DNA of 64,000 nucleotides from Candidatus Multivorans sp. (lineage in GTDB: Bacteria > Acidobacteriota > Thermoanaerobaculia > Multivoradales > Multivoraceae): positions 480,001 to 544,000 of the forward strand of contig OZ251997.1 in the NCBI GenBank assembly GCA_965247095.1. Reading direction: 5' to 3'. The position numbers and the translations under genes were made by a program. Numbering within the stretch: position 1 is the stretch's first letter; each line of letters opens with the position of its first letter. Shown piece after piece: positions 41,398 through 51,090 of the stretch. The notes beneath the pieces are model-generated. The model made no database searches. It was not told the origin of the DNA and was given only the letters and a program-made list of their open reading frames with translations.

Positions 41398-42024
41398 GTG
41401 AGGAGGAAGGGCAGTGAGGGACGGTTGAGGTTCTTCGACCGTGGGAACACCATGTGTCCGATCTGCCTCGAACGGTTCTCGAGAGAGGCTGTCAAGAAGG
41501 GTCGCGAGGTCACTCTGGAACACGCTCCCCCCAAGACGTTGGGTGGTGTGGAGATGTGTCTGACCTGCACAAGTTGCAATGGGAGTGCCGGAAGCAGTCT
41601 AGATCAAGCCGCTGCGTTGGCGCACCGTATCGGGGAGGAGCAGTCGGCAGGCCATGGCGTGAGGGTCCTGCTCGAGGTTTGCGGAATCAAGCGCACTACG
41701 CACTTCCGGCCCGAAGGCTTCCGAGGTGCTGGCAGCAGCCTTGCCAGAAACCCCGCGGCAAAGCGGTTTCTGACCGAGCTACCAAGCCATGACGTTGTAG
41801 CACTTTCGGTCGAAATGCCGCTGCGCCAGGACTCTGGGCATTGTGGAAGGGACCTCTTCGGGAGAGAGGTCGTAGTACAAGGCGACGGGCATGAGGGGCG
41901 TTGCGTCGTTGTGAACCAGGAGGACCGCGTTTGTACGCTCATGCCAGTGGGTCCGAGGGTACCCTTGAGTGAGGGCGGCGGGGAGAGGTTGGACGGTCTC
42001 GGTCTTGCCCAAGTTAGTCCATAG
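41398..42024 (+). CDS. HNH endonuclease (probably 3'-truncated)
   Basis: CPIC...TLEHAPPKTLGG..CLTCTSCN; the last ~65 codons look like antisense of a convergent ORF. Confidence 0.65.
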   Translation: MRRKGSEGRLRFFDRGNTMCPICLERFSREAVKKGREVTLEHAPPKTLGGVEMCLTCTSCNGSAGSSLDQAAALAHRIGEEQSAGHGVRVLLEVCGIKRTTHFRPEGFRGAGSSLARNPAAKRFLTELPSHDVVALSVEMPLRQDSGHCGRDLFGREVVVQGDGHEGRCVVVNQEDRVCTLMPVGPRVPLSEGGGERLDGLGLAQVSP

Positions 42025-42811
42025 GTAGCGGCCGCAGCAGTTTCCGGTCGATCAGCGTCTGGAAGTGCCGGACCACCGTCAGTGCAAGGTGGCGGTCACG
42101 GGACAGCAGGCCCATCTCGATGTTGCGGTCGAGAGCGGCCTCCGTGAAGTTGGCCGACGTGATGAACACCACCTCCTCGTCAGCCACAACTGCCTTGGCG
42201 TGGAGAACGCCTTTTGGACCCTTCGGTTCAAGGGAGCGAGGGTCGTAGAACACGTGCGGACGCGACGAGCCCGGCCAGTCGCGATCCCAGAAGCGCTCTG
42301 CGAAACCGCGGACGAGGTGGTCGGCGGCGGTCGTGTTGCCGCGCCGGCGCTCTATGTTCAAGAGAAGCGTGACCTTGAGATCCGGGAGCGCCTCCATTTT
42401 CTCGGCCAGGGTCTTGAAGGCGCGGGGGCCGTCGAAGAAGGCGTAGGTGCTGGCCCAGATCGACCGGGTTGCCGCGTCGATGATCTCGTCGTAGACGCGG
42501 CGGGTGTCGCGGGCGTGAAGCCCCGGAACCTCAGGCCCGGACCAGACGAAGTCGGGGCTGGAGAAGCTGCCGGCGAGTTGGTCCAGGCTTCGCAGCCACG
42601 CGGCGGCGACAGCCTCGGTGACGCCGAGTTGGCGCCATCCGGCAAGCAGGCGCAGCACCGCCTGCCCTTGGCCGCCGCGCAGCGTCATGCTCGCGCGAAG
42701 AGCCGTGACCGAGGGGCTCAGGTCGAGCAGACCGGTTTCCAGCGCCTTCGCGAGCGAAGTCCGTAGATGGGCCGGAAGTTCGAGCAGCGCCTCGACGGCT
42801 TCCTCGTTCAT
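42014..42811 (-). CDS. drmC: DISARM phospholipase D nuclease DrmC
   Basis: VWSGPEVPG..ARDT, LHAKAVVAD (HKD), TSANFT...NIEMG; follows the DUF1998 gene. Confidence 0.92.
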   Translation of the reverse strand: MNEEAVEALLELPAHLRTSLAKALETGLLDLSPSVTALRASMTLRGGQGQAVLRLLAGWRQLGVTEAVAAAWLRSLDQLAGSFSSPDFVWSGPEVPGLHARDTRRVYDEIIDAATRSIWASTYAFFDGPRAFKTLAEKMEALPDLKVTLLLNIERRRGNTTAADHLVRGFAERFWDRDWPGSSRPHVFYDPRSLEPKGPKGVLHAKAVVADEEVVFITSANFTEAALDRNIEMGLLSRDRHLALTVVRHFQTLIDRKLLRPLPMD

Positions 42812-42825
42812 GGCCGGCCCGCGGG

Positions 42826-44658
42826 TCAATCGACCCGGTCGAAGAAGCCGGCGTTCTCGCCGATGATCGGGACAACGAGCGCCCGGTCGAGATAGTCGTT
42901 CCTCATCTCGCAGGATGTCTCCGCCACCAGTGTGCAGCCGTGACACGCGGCGCCGTGAAGCCAGCGCTTCTCCGTGCTCGAATGCGGGACGTGCTGGGCG
43001 CAGACCGGGTCGTTCGAGCACAGGCTGCCGATATGCAGCGCCTGGCGGAGATGATCGCTTATGCCGCGGGCCTGTTGCACCAGACCGCCGAGTGTTCCCT
43101 CGGCGTCGGCGCTGGCCGTGTACAGCAGGAGTCCGTAGCGTTTCGCTGCGCCGTCGACGTAGATGCGCTCCCTGATCGACGCGGCCGGATAGCCGCAACG
43201 GAGGGCGAGGGACTGGATCAGCAGGTGCGACAGCGTGTGCAGAAGGACATAGGGACCACCGGGAAACGGCCGTTTGTCCGCGTTGGTTCGGTGCCCTTCG
43301 CCCCAGCGCTGGTGGCCGCTCTCGAGAGCCGCGCAACGGTCCTTGACTTCGTGTCTCTGGCGCCAGCTTGAAACGGCTGCCCCGCTCAGCAGCAGGAAGA
43401 TGCCCTCGCCGCGGTTCTCGACGGCGGGGAACCAGGACGGTTCGGAGGCGATCTCCGCTCGGACGACATCTGTCTCGTACTCGCCATCGATGTCGGGAGT
43501 GGCGGCCTCGAATCGGGTGAAGCCAGCGAGCGCCGACACCTCGCGCAGCCTGTGCACCTGGACAACGGCTTCGATCTGTTCCTTGAAGAAACCGCTCTCC
43601 CGCTGCCACACGAGCGCCGGAAGACGCCGCGCGTGGAAGTCGGGGTCGACCGGCACGTCGTCGCCGTAGCCCTCCGGGACCGCGAGCAGCGCGTCGAGTT
43701 CCGCGTACTTCACCGGCTGGTCCTCCGGGGCGCCGCCGCGGCGGCGCTCGACTGCGGAGAGGACGTCGGCGTCGTCGAACCCGTGCAGGGCCGCCATGAC
43801 CTTCGGGATGCCCTTGAGCAGGGCCAGGTTGTCCACGGTCTTGACGACCTGCAGCGTGTCCCACACGTCGGCCACCGCCTGATCGACTGCCGCTCTCTGC
43901 TCCGGTAGCGAAAGCACCGTAACCACCTGCGGAAACCAGGCGTTCGTCGCTGTGCGGATGAGCAGACGGCTTGGCTCTCCGCAGTCCTCGTTAGCGTGGC
44001 GTCCCAGCCACGGGCGGGCCCCGGTGCAATGCCCGAGCGGCCGGTTCTCGATCTCCTTCGCCTCGTGCATCCCGCGCCGCTTGCCGCAACTGCAGCGCAC
44101 GAACAGGTTCGAGAGGTCGCCGCCGGTGCCTTGCTCGTCAAGTTGGAGTTCGCCACGGCAACCGGACTTGCCGCCGTGGACGAAGTCGTACCAGTCGATG
44201 TCGTCGACGTGGCCGCGGGGGCAGCCTCTGACGAACCGGGTCGCGACTACGGCTTTTTTGTCGAACTTGCGTTTGTCGTCTAGAGCCGTGCGGTGAACAA
44301 GGCGTCGAGTCCTGCTCCTGCGCCCGGATGGACTGCTCCTGTCGCCATCGCCCTGCACCAGGAACCACTCTGGAAAGCGGGGCGACGTGATGCCTGGGGA
44401 GTTGGCGCCCGGACGGTCGGATGCCGCTGGCGGCGCGAACAGGCCCGGCGGCTTGCCACCGGCGAGCCCGCGCAGGCGGGCAGCAAGCCGCGGCTCGTCG
44501 ATCGCCTCGAGATGGTGCGTCCTGGGCCAGTAGTCGAGGCCGCCGACGATCGCCGAGTCGCTCGGAAGGTCGACCAGGGCGCCAGGCCCATACGTCGTGA
44601 CCACCTGGCTCCGCCGGACGCTGCCCGTGGGCGTGCTGCTGCTCCGGCTCCTTGCCAT
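42826..44658 (-). CDS. drmB: DISARM DUF1998 protein DrmB
   Basis: VRRSQVVTTYGPGALVDLP, CPRGH, LHTLSHLL, SIRERIY, EGTLGGL, CSNDPVC, GAACHGC..ETSCE. Confidence 0.93.
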   Translation of the reverse strand: MARSRSSSTPTGSVRRSQVVTTYGPGALVDLPSDSAIVGGLDYWPRTHHLEAIDEPRLAARLRGLAGGKPPGLFAPPAASDRPGANSPGITSPRFPEWFLVQGDGDRSSPSGRRSRTRRLVHRTALDDKRKFDKKAVVATRFVRGCPRGHVDDIDWYDFVHGGKSGCRGELQLDEQGTGGDLSNLFVRCSCGKRRGMHEAKEIENRPLGHCTGARPWLGRHANEDCGEPSRLLIRTATNAWFPQVVTVLSLPEQRAAVDQAVADVWDTLQVVKTVDNLALLKGIPKVMAALHGFDDADVLSAVERRRGGAPEDQPVKYAELDALLAVPEGYGDDVPVDPDFHARRLPALVWQRESGFFKEQIEAVVQVHRLREVSALAGFTRFEAATPDIDGEYETDVVRAEIASEPSWFPAVENRGEGIFLLLSGAAVSSWRQRHEVKDRCAALESGHQRWGEGHRTNADKRPFPGGPYVLLHTLSHLLIQSLALRCGYPAASIRERIYVDGAAKRYGLLLYTASADAEGTLGGLVQQARGISDHLRQALHIGSLCSNDPVCAQHVPHSSTEKRWLHGAACHGCTLVAETSCEMRNDYLDRALVVPIIGENAGFFDRVD

Positions 44659-47600
44659 CAGCGGGACCCTCCGCCTACAGGATCCTGGATGTAGAGGTTC
44701 ACCTGAGGTTCGACGTCGCGCAGCGACCGGTTCACGCGGAACTTCCGGTGATGCGCGGACTCGAACTCCGTGTCCAGCATCTCCCGCAGGAGGGGTTTTC
44801 CACCCTGCCGCTCGTACTGCTGGTATTTCACTTCGGTCCCGACTTCGCGATAGCTGTCGACCACCCGTTGCCAGGAGTCGAGCAGGTCGCCGACCCGGTT
44901 CTGTACGCTCCGAAGCCTCTCCGCCAGGTCCTCTTCGTCCGCGAGCGGTTGGCTTCGGAGCCGGTCGGAGAAGGTCTCGATCAGGCGGCGTTCGAGCATG
45001 GCGCGGACCTCGGAGAGCCGCTCGACGCCTCGCGTTGGCGTCAGCGCCGGATCGGCATGGCGGGCGAGGGCCACGAAGGCGCCGGCCATCCCGCGGTCGA
45101 GAGCCCGGGCGGCGAACGGCGTGACGCTCCCCGCCTCGACCCAGCGGTAGAACGTCTCGTGGTAGTGGCGGAAGCGCTCGTAGTGGGAGCGGTCCCGCGG
45201 CTTGTGGACATTGAGCAGCGTGATCACGAGGCCGGGTCGCGCGTCGTCGCGGCCCACGCGGCTGGTGGCCTGGATGTACTCGGCGTTCGTCTTCGGTTGT
45301 CCCATCACGACCATCAGGCCGAGACGCTGGATGTCTAGGCCGACCGAGATCATGTTCGTCGCCAGGGCGTAGTGGACCCGGTCGCCTTCGTGGAACGCCA
45401 AGCCGAGTCGCCGCCGGGCCCGGGCGACGGCGGCGGTCGAGACCCGCGAGGTCAGCTCCAGGGGGTCGAACGAGGCTTTGCGGTCCCGGAAGTACCTCCG
45501 CTCCTGTCCGAGCCTCAATCTGGCCCCGTAGCCTCGAAGCGTGTTCTGGACCTCCTCCTCGACGATCCGGCGCGCGCCGCCGAGTTCGCGCAGGCTGTTG
45601 AAGTAGGCCAGGACGGTCATGTACGGATCGGCCGGATTGGTCTTGTTCGCCCTGCCTCCAGCGTCGACGTAGGCCTTCTCGGCCGCGGCCATGAGCGGCA
45701 GCAGGAGTCTTCGCATCGTGACCTTCGCGTTTCTGCCCGGCGAGGCGATTCCGACGTAAAGCCGAGCGGGTCTCTCGGTGGGCGGCTTGACCTGGGCGAA
45801 GAAGGAATCACGACGGCTCGGGCCCGGCGGCGGAAAGACCTGGGTCATCGAGCGGCCGAAGAGGGCGCGGATCTGGTCCTGCGCCTGCCTCGCGGTCGCG
45901 GTGGAGGCGACGATTTTGGGCCTTGCAGCGCGACCGCTCGAGCGGTGAAGCGAGAGCGCTTCGATCGCCGTTTCGTAGAGCCCGGTCATCGAGCCGAGGG
46001 GGCCGGCGATCAGGTGCAACTCGTCCTGGACGATCAGGTCCGGCGGCGGCAGCGGCGAGGGCATTGGCCGGCCCCGACCCGGTTCGGCGGCGCCGTAGAA
46101 ACCGTGTTCGTCGAACCGGTCGGCGTTGCCGAGGAGCGCGCCCGACCGCGCTTCCCACGGCAACGCCGCAAACTTGTCGACTGTGGCGATCAGGAAGCAG
46201 GGCAGGCGGCGGTACAACGGCTCGTCGACGGCGACGATGGGCAGGGCGCGGTCGCCGGCGAAGTCGCACTCCCAGTTGGCGCACACCACGCGCAGGTTGC
46301 GGGGTTCGTCCGCGTTTGGTTCGAGCGAGAACGAATCGGGCTCGAACTTCGTGCCGCACCAGGGGCAGTCTTCAAGGGGGATGGGGGACGGTTCGTACTT
46401 CGGCTTCTTCTTGTAGCGGTTCGTCTTCGCGCGAGCCGAGGCGCTGTTGGCGTCGCCCTTGCGGCCGAGCACGTTGGGCGTCGCCGCCTTCCCGACCCAG
46501 AGACCGATCTCGAACGGCCACTCGCCGTAGCGTTCGGGCGCCCGGTCCCGCTCCAGCTCGAGCGCGCAGATCAGCCCCGCTGCCCGGGCCAACTGGTCCA
46601 GGGTCAGCAGGCGCAGCGTGTAGCGCATGATGACCGAGACCCCCGCGCCCGCTCGGCCGCCCGCTTCCGGGTGGCGCAGCCGCCGCAGGACGATGGCGAA
46701 GGCCGCCAGACCCAGGTAGGCCTCCGTCTTGCCGCCGCCAGTGGGAAAGAAGAGGAGATCCACGACCTCCCGGTGGCGGTCGTCTGGATCCGCCAGTGGG
46801 GCGAGGTTCAGCAGGATGAAGGCGAGCTGGAAGGCGCGCCACCTGGGGCCTTCGTCCTCGAAGCCGCTGGGATTTCGGCGCCGGAGGGCCCCTGCTATGG
46901 CCCGGTTGGCGACCCGGAACGCGTCCAGGGCCTGTTCGTCTCTACAGAGAGCCGCGATGCCCCGTTCCATCCGGGAGGCGGCGAACTCGGCGCGGCGCAG
47001 AAGCTCCTCGGCTGTCTCCCGGTGGTCCATGTCGAAGGCCGCAGGTTCGGCGCGACGCTCTCCGATCCACTCGCGGTAGGCGGCGAGGAGAGGTTGGAGT
47101 GCCCGCTCGGCCTCGCCGCCGGTGGCCAGCTCGCCGAGCCGGTCCATGGACAGGTCGACGCCTTCCGGTTCGAACGTCTCCGTCTTCTCGACTTCCGCCT
47201 GAGGGATCCAGGCGGTGCGGACCAGGCGGCAACCGCCGTCGTCGTCCGCGTTCCACTGAGCCGAGACGTTGTGGCCGGTGGCGTACCGGGGCGCGCCGGC
47301 GTAGTGCAGGGCGGCGACCTGTTCATCCCAATCGTCGCCCAGGGCCGGGCGGGGATCGGGACGTGGCAGGAACGGGCGGTCGCTCCACACTTCGATCTCG
47401 GCCTGGAACGCGTAGGTGGTCTCGGCTTCGTCGAGCGAGGCCGCCGGCTGCCGGTTGTTGACCAGGAAGACGGCGACCGAGCGGGCGCCCGGCGGGATCG
47501 TCGAGATCCCCGTGACGAGCCTCCGCTCCACGTGGAGCTGCAAGCCGCCCGAGGCGGGGACATCGTGAAGCGTCGCTCCTTCGCCCGCCACGAGTTCGAC

Positions 47601-48059
47601 CGCGACGACCTCCTCTCGCGGCGTCCGCTGCCAGCAGCGACGGCCCTTGCCCGAATCGTCGACTGCGTCAGTGACCTCGTAGTCTCCCCAGCGCACGGTG
47701 ATCCGAAGCGTCGTGTCCGCAGCCAGGAAGCTCAGCCCGATCGAAGACGGAAAGAACGCCTTCTTCGCTGCCTTTCGGTCCTCGGTGGATTCCTCGGCGA
47801 GGCCGGCTCGCTCTGGGACCTCGTCGAGGTCGTCGTCGTCCTCGTCGGCGCCCGCGTCTAGCTCGGGCGGCGTGTCGGACGGAATCAGGAAGCCGGTGAG
47901 GTACCAGTTCGATGGCGATTCGTAGATCGGCAAGCGCTCGCGGGCGAGTTCGTGGCCGGCGCCGGGGCCGACGAGGTCGACTTTGAGGGCGTCGACGAGG
48001 TCCTGGCGCACGTCCAGAGAGCTTGTCGCCGCCGGAACGGCGGCGCCGGCTTCGGTCAT
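44658..48059 (-). CDS. drmA: DISARM helicase DrmA
   Basis: WRAFQLAF, FFPTGGGKTEAYLG, RYTLRLLT, QDELHLI, ASTAT, ATNMISVGLDI, EYIQATSRVGR, PRDRSHYE. Confidence 0.94.
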   Translation of the reverse strand: MTEAGAAVPAATSSLDVRQDLVDALKVDLVGPGAGHELARERLPIYESPSNWYLTGFLIPSDTPPELDAGADEDDDDLDEVPERAGLAEESTEDRKAAKKAFFPSSIGLSFLAADTTLRITVRWGDYEVTDAVDDSGKGRRCWQRTPREEVVAVELVAGEGATLHDVPASGGLQLHVERRLVTGISTIPPGARSVAVFLVNNRQPAASLDEAETTYAFQAEIEVWSDRPFLPRPDPRPALGDDWDEQVAALHYAGAPRYATGHNVSAQWNADDDGGCRLVRTAWIPQAEVEKTETFEPEGVDLSMDRLGELATGGEAERALQPLLAAYREWIGERRAEPAAFDMDHRETAEELLRRAEFAASRMERGIAALCRDEQALDAFRVANRAIAGALRRRNPSGFEDEGPRWRAFQLAFILLNLAPLADPDDRHREVVDLLFFPTGGGKTEAYLGLAAFAIVLRRLRHPEAGGRAGAGVSVIMRYTLRLLTLDQLARAAGLICALELERDRAPERYGEWPFEIGLWVGKAATPNVLGRKGDANSASARAKTNRYKKKPKYEPSPIPLEDCPWCGTKFEPDSFSLEPNADEPRNLRVVCANWECDFAGDRALPIVAVDEPLYRRLPCFLIATVDKFAALPWEARSGALLGNADRFDEHGFYGAAEPGRGRPMPSPLPPPDLIVQDELHLIAGPLGSMTGLYETAIEALSLHRSSGRAARPKIVASTATARQAQDQIRALFGRSMTQVFPPPGPSRRDSFFAQVKPPTERPARLYVGIASPGRNAKVTMRRLLLPLMAAAEKAYVDAGGRANKTNPADPYMTVLAYFNSLRELGGARRIVEEEVQNTLRGYGARLRLGQERRYFRDRKASFDPLELTSRVSTAAVARARRRLGLAFHEGDRVHYALATNMISVGLDIQRLGLMVVMGQPKTNAEYIQATSRVGRDDARPGLVITLLNVHKPRDRSHYERFRHYHETFYRWVEAGSVTPFAARALDRGMAGAFVALARHADPALTPTRGVERLSEVRAMLERRLIETFSDRLRSQPLADEEDLAERLRSVQNRVGDLLDSWQRVVDSYREVGTEVKYQQYERQGGKPLLREMLDTEFESAHHRKFRVNRSLRDVEPQVNLYIQDPVGGGSR

Positions 48060-48062
48060 GCG

Positions 48063-48653
48063 CTATGTCCCTCGTGATTCCCGAAGCAGCGAGGTCACGT
48101 CGCGCCACAGTTTGTCGAAGGATGGTGCGGTTCGTGCCGCGTCCAGGTCGAAGGCGGCCGTGAACTTGGGCTGATGACGTGTGGGGTGGTAGGTCGCGCC
48201 GCGCAGCACGTTCTGGCTAAGCCATCCCTTGGCGTCCTTGATCGATTCCGGATTCGGGGGCGGCTTCGCTTCGACGCCATGCTTCTCCGCGATCGAGGAG
48301 GTGGCGGCAAGAAACCAGGCCTCGTACTCGGTCTTGGCCAGTACGGCGCGGATGGGGCGATCCGCTCGCGCGAGTCTGGCGCGCCGAAGCAACTCGATGC
48401 CGAGCTCCGCCGGACAGTCGTTGTCCGCATCCAGCAGGATCAGGATGGCGCCGTTGGGACCGGCCTGTCTGGCAGCGAACTCAACGTAGCGTTCCAGCTC
48501 TCCAGGCTTCACTATGCGTTGACGCTTCACTCGAATCGGCCGGTGAATCCGCATCAAAGAGTGGGGCGAGACGTTTTCCGCGACCCGCCGGAGCAGGATG
48601 GGCATGGCCTTGACTTCGCCGTGGCCCTCGACAATGGAAGCGATCTGGAGCAC
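48063..48653 (-). CDS. DUF4276-like TOPRIM-fold protein
   Basis: IVEGHGE (TOPRIM Glu), LLDAD (DxD), EYEAWFLA, APSFDKL; stop is 3 nt from the drmA ATG. Confidence 0.82.
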   Translation of the reverse strand: MLQIASIVEGHGEVKAMPILLRRVAENVSPHSLMRIHRPIRVKRQRIVKPGELERYVEFAARQAGPNGAILILLDADNDCPAELGIELLRRARLARADRPIRAVLAKTEYEAWFLAATSSIAEKHGVEAKPPPNPESIKDAKGWLSQNVLRGATYHPTRHQPKFTAAFDLDAARTAPSFDKLWRDVTSLLRESRGT

Positions 48654-48656
48654 GGC

Positions 48657-49868
48657 TCAGGGCTCGGTGCCGAACAGCCTGATCTGCCCGGGCTTCGGGC
48701 TCGACATGGTCGGATCTGGATCGATCTGGTCCATTCTCAGTAGCTCGCCGGCTGTGAACAGCTTGTCCTTAAGCACTGAGCGCCCGGCCTCGTCCAAGGG
48801 GCCGATACGGGTCTCCCCGTGTGCGGCGCGAACCGCGATGATCGAATCGGCCGGGATCTCGTCGTCGTCGAGAAGGTCGGGGCTGTGGCTGGTCACGAGA
48901 ATCTGAATGTGCTCGGCGGCATCGCGAAGACTGTCGATGAGAACCCCGGCAGCCGCGGGATGGAGCGCCAATTCCGGTTCCTCGATCCCCACAAGCCCCG
49001 GCATGGCGCGTCCGTTGCCGGCGCCCTGGAAGACCGCCACCAGGATGCCCAAGGCCCGGAGCGTGCCGTCCGACATGTTGCTTGCCTCGAACTTCCAGGG
49101 GTGCTTCGCGCCACGGACTTCCTGGCGGAACTCGAGGGTCTCTCTGGAACCTGCCATCTTGCGCCCAACGCCGGTGATTCCCGGTACGACGGTCCCCAGG
49201 TAGTCCTGGATTCGCCGCTTGGACTCGGGTGACCGTGCCGTGAGATTGGCCAGCACGCTCGCGATATTGCTGCCGTCCCGATTCAGGAGTTCGCCGGGGT
49301 CTGGCGGCTGAGGTTGCCGGATCTCCTGCGGGTTCAGACTGTAGAAGCCGATGGTGGACAGCGCCTCGTAGACGCGGCGGAAGGACTCGTGGCCAGACAC
49401 GTTGACCAGGTACAGCCGGTCCGACGCAGCGAGGGGGCCGATTAGCAGGGTGCTCTTCCTGACCTGACCCTTCTCCACGTTGTAGTAGTCGGAATCCCCG
49501 CCGTTGCGAGGCACCACCAGGCACTCTTCGCGCTGGACTTCGTATCCTCCCGGCCTTCTTGCAGCCACCGTGAATGCGTAGTGCCCGTGGGATTCCTCCA
49601 GATCGAGCTCTACGCGAATCCCGAAGTGCGTCGGATGGCCGCCAGACCTCCGTCGCACGTCGTTGATTCCACCGCGGTCGCGCAATGCGTGGTCGATCGA
49701 GTACCGAAGCGAGTCCCGTAGAAAGCAGAGAGCATCGAGGAAATTGCTCTTCCCCGAGCCGTTCGGCCCGAGAAGGAAGCACAGGTTCGCCGGCGACACG
49801 TCGCACGCGGCGATGCTCTTGTAGTTGCGCAGCGCAACCCGGGTCAGCAGGCGGCGGTCGGCGGTCAC
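48657..49868 (-). CDS. ABC-family (AAA_21-like) ATPase
   Basis: LRNYKSI, GPNGSGKSN, signature MSDGT, Walker B IEEPELALHP, H-loop TSHSP. Confidence 0.88.
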   Translation of the reverse strand: MTADRRLLTRVALRNYKSIAACDVSPANLCFLLGPNGSGKSNFLDALCFLRDSLRYSIDHALRDRGGINDVRRRSGGHPTHFGIRVELDLEESHGHYAFTVAARRPGGYEVQREECLVVPRNGGDSDYYNVEKGQVRKSTLLIGPLAASDRLYLVNVSGHESFRRVYEALSTIGFYSLNPQEIRQPQPPDPGELLNRDGSNIASVLANLTARSPESKRRIQDYLGTVVPGITGVGRKMAGSRETLEFRQEVRGAKHPWKFEASNMSDGTLRALGILVAVFQGAGNGRAMPGLVGIEEPELALHPAAAGVLIDSLRDAAEHIQILVTSHSPDLLDDDEIPADSIIAVRAAHGETRIGPLDEAGRSVLKDKLFTAGELLRMDQIDPDPTMSSPKPGQIRLFGTEP

Positions 49869-50119
49869 GCTGTCTCGCCCGCGTTGCGCCGTGGGCTCCG
49901 CCGCCGTGGCGCTCCGGCGCTTGAGCCTTGATTGGCGGCGGTCCATTGGACTGGGCGCTCCGGTCGTCGCTCGGAACTGCTGAGGACGCGCCCGCTCATG
50001 CGGGGAGTCTAGTCGTAGCGAGTGTCGGGTCGTAGGGTCGTCGGCTTGATTTCCGCTCTGTTTGCGCTTACTCTCGGGCTCCGGCCCGGGTGACGACCTA
50101 CGCAGCCTGACGAAGACCA

Positions 50120-50845
50120 ATGTCCGACAACAGCACGATCGAGTGGACCGATGCCACCTGGAACCCGGTCCGCGGCTGCACCAAGGTCAGTTCGGGTTGT
50201 GCCCACTGCTACGCGGAGAGGTTCTCGGAACGCTTCCGCGGCGTTCGGAACCACCCCTTCGAGCAGGGGTTCGACCTTCGGCGGGTCCCGGAGAAGCTCG
50301 ACCAACCCCGCCGTTGGCGCCGGCCACGGCGCGTGTTCGTCAACTCCATGAGCGACCTCTTCCACCCGCAGGTCCCCGAGTCGTACATCGCCGACGTGGG
50401 ACACGTGATGGGCGAGGTCCGTAGGCACACCTACCAGGTCCTCACCAAACGGCACGAGCGAATGGAGGATCTCCTCTCCGGCCCCCTCGCCTGGATGGGC
50501 GAACTTCCCAACGTGTGGTTCGGCGTGAGCGTCGAGAATCGCCGCCAGGGCCTGCCGCGGCTCGAAGCCCTGCGGCGAACTCCCGCCGCGGTCCGCTTCG
50601 CCTCCGTCGAGCCGCTGCTCGAGGACCTGGGCGACTTCGACCTGACCGGCATCGACTGGGTCATCGTGGGTGGCGAGAGCGGGCCAGGAGCGCGACCGAT
50701 GGAGGAAGCGTGGGTGGTCAACGTCCTTCGCCAATGCCGGCGAGACGGCGTGCCCTTCTTCTTCAAGCAGTGGGGCGGCGTGCACAAGCACCGGAACGGG
50801 CGGTTGCTCGGGGGGAGGACGTACGACGAGTCTCCGGTGAACTGA
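50120..50845 (+). CDS. DUF5131 / phage Gp37-Gp68 family protein
   Basis: STIEWTDATWNPVRGCTKVSSGCAHCYA, FVNSMSDLFH, LTKR, SVEPLL, WVIVGGESG, FFFKQWGG. Confidence 0.9.
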   Translation: MSDNSTIEWTDATWNPVRGCTKVSSGCAHCYAERFSERFRGVRNHPFEQGFDLRRVPEKLDQPRRWRRPRRVFVNSMSDLFHPQVPESYIADVGHVMGEVRRHTYQVLTKRHERMEDLLSGPLAWMGELPNVWFGVSVENRRQGLPRLEALRRTPAAVRFASVEPLLEDLGDFDLTGIDWVIVGGESGPGARPMEEAWVVNVLRQCRRDGVPFFFKQWGGVHKHRNGRLLGGRTYDESPVN

Positions 50846-51090
50846 GGAACGGTCGGGGGCGGTGATGGTGGGGTTTCGGGTCTTGAGAGGAAGCCGCCAA
50901 CGCGGTCTACTTGGGCCACCTCTTGAGCGCCATGTTCAGAGCGAGTCGTTCGCGCCGGCTCGCCTCGTCGGGCTCCTCAAACCCGAGGGACCGGAGCCGC
51001 TCCTCGCGGTCGCGGGTCCGTTGTGTGTCAGCGTCGCCCAAGGACCTGTCGGATACCGGAGGGGTTCGCTATGACGGCAGCGTCCAGCCT

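Noticed and set aside
50907-51041. 44-codon minus-strand ORF (MGDADTQRTRDREERLRSLGFEEP...) downstream of the original ASCH stop
   Set aside because: Too short, TTG start, and no recognisable motif.
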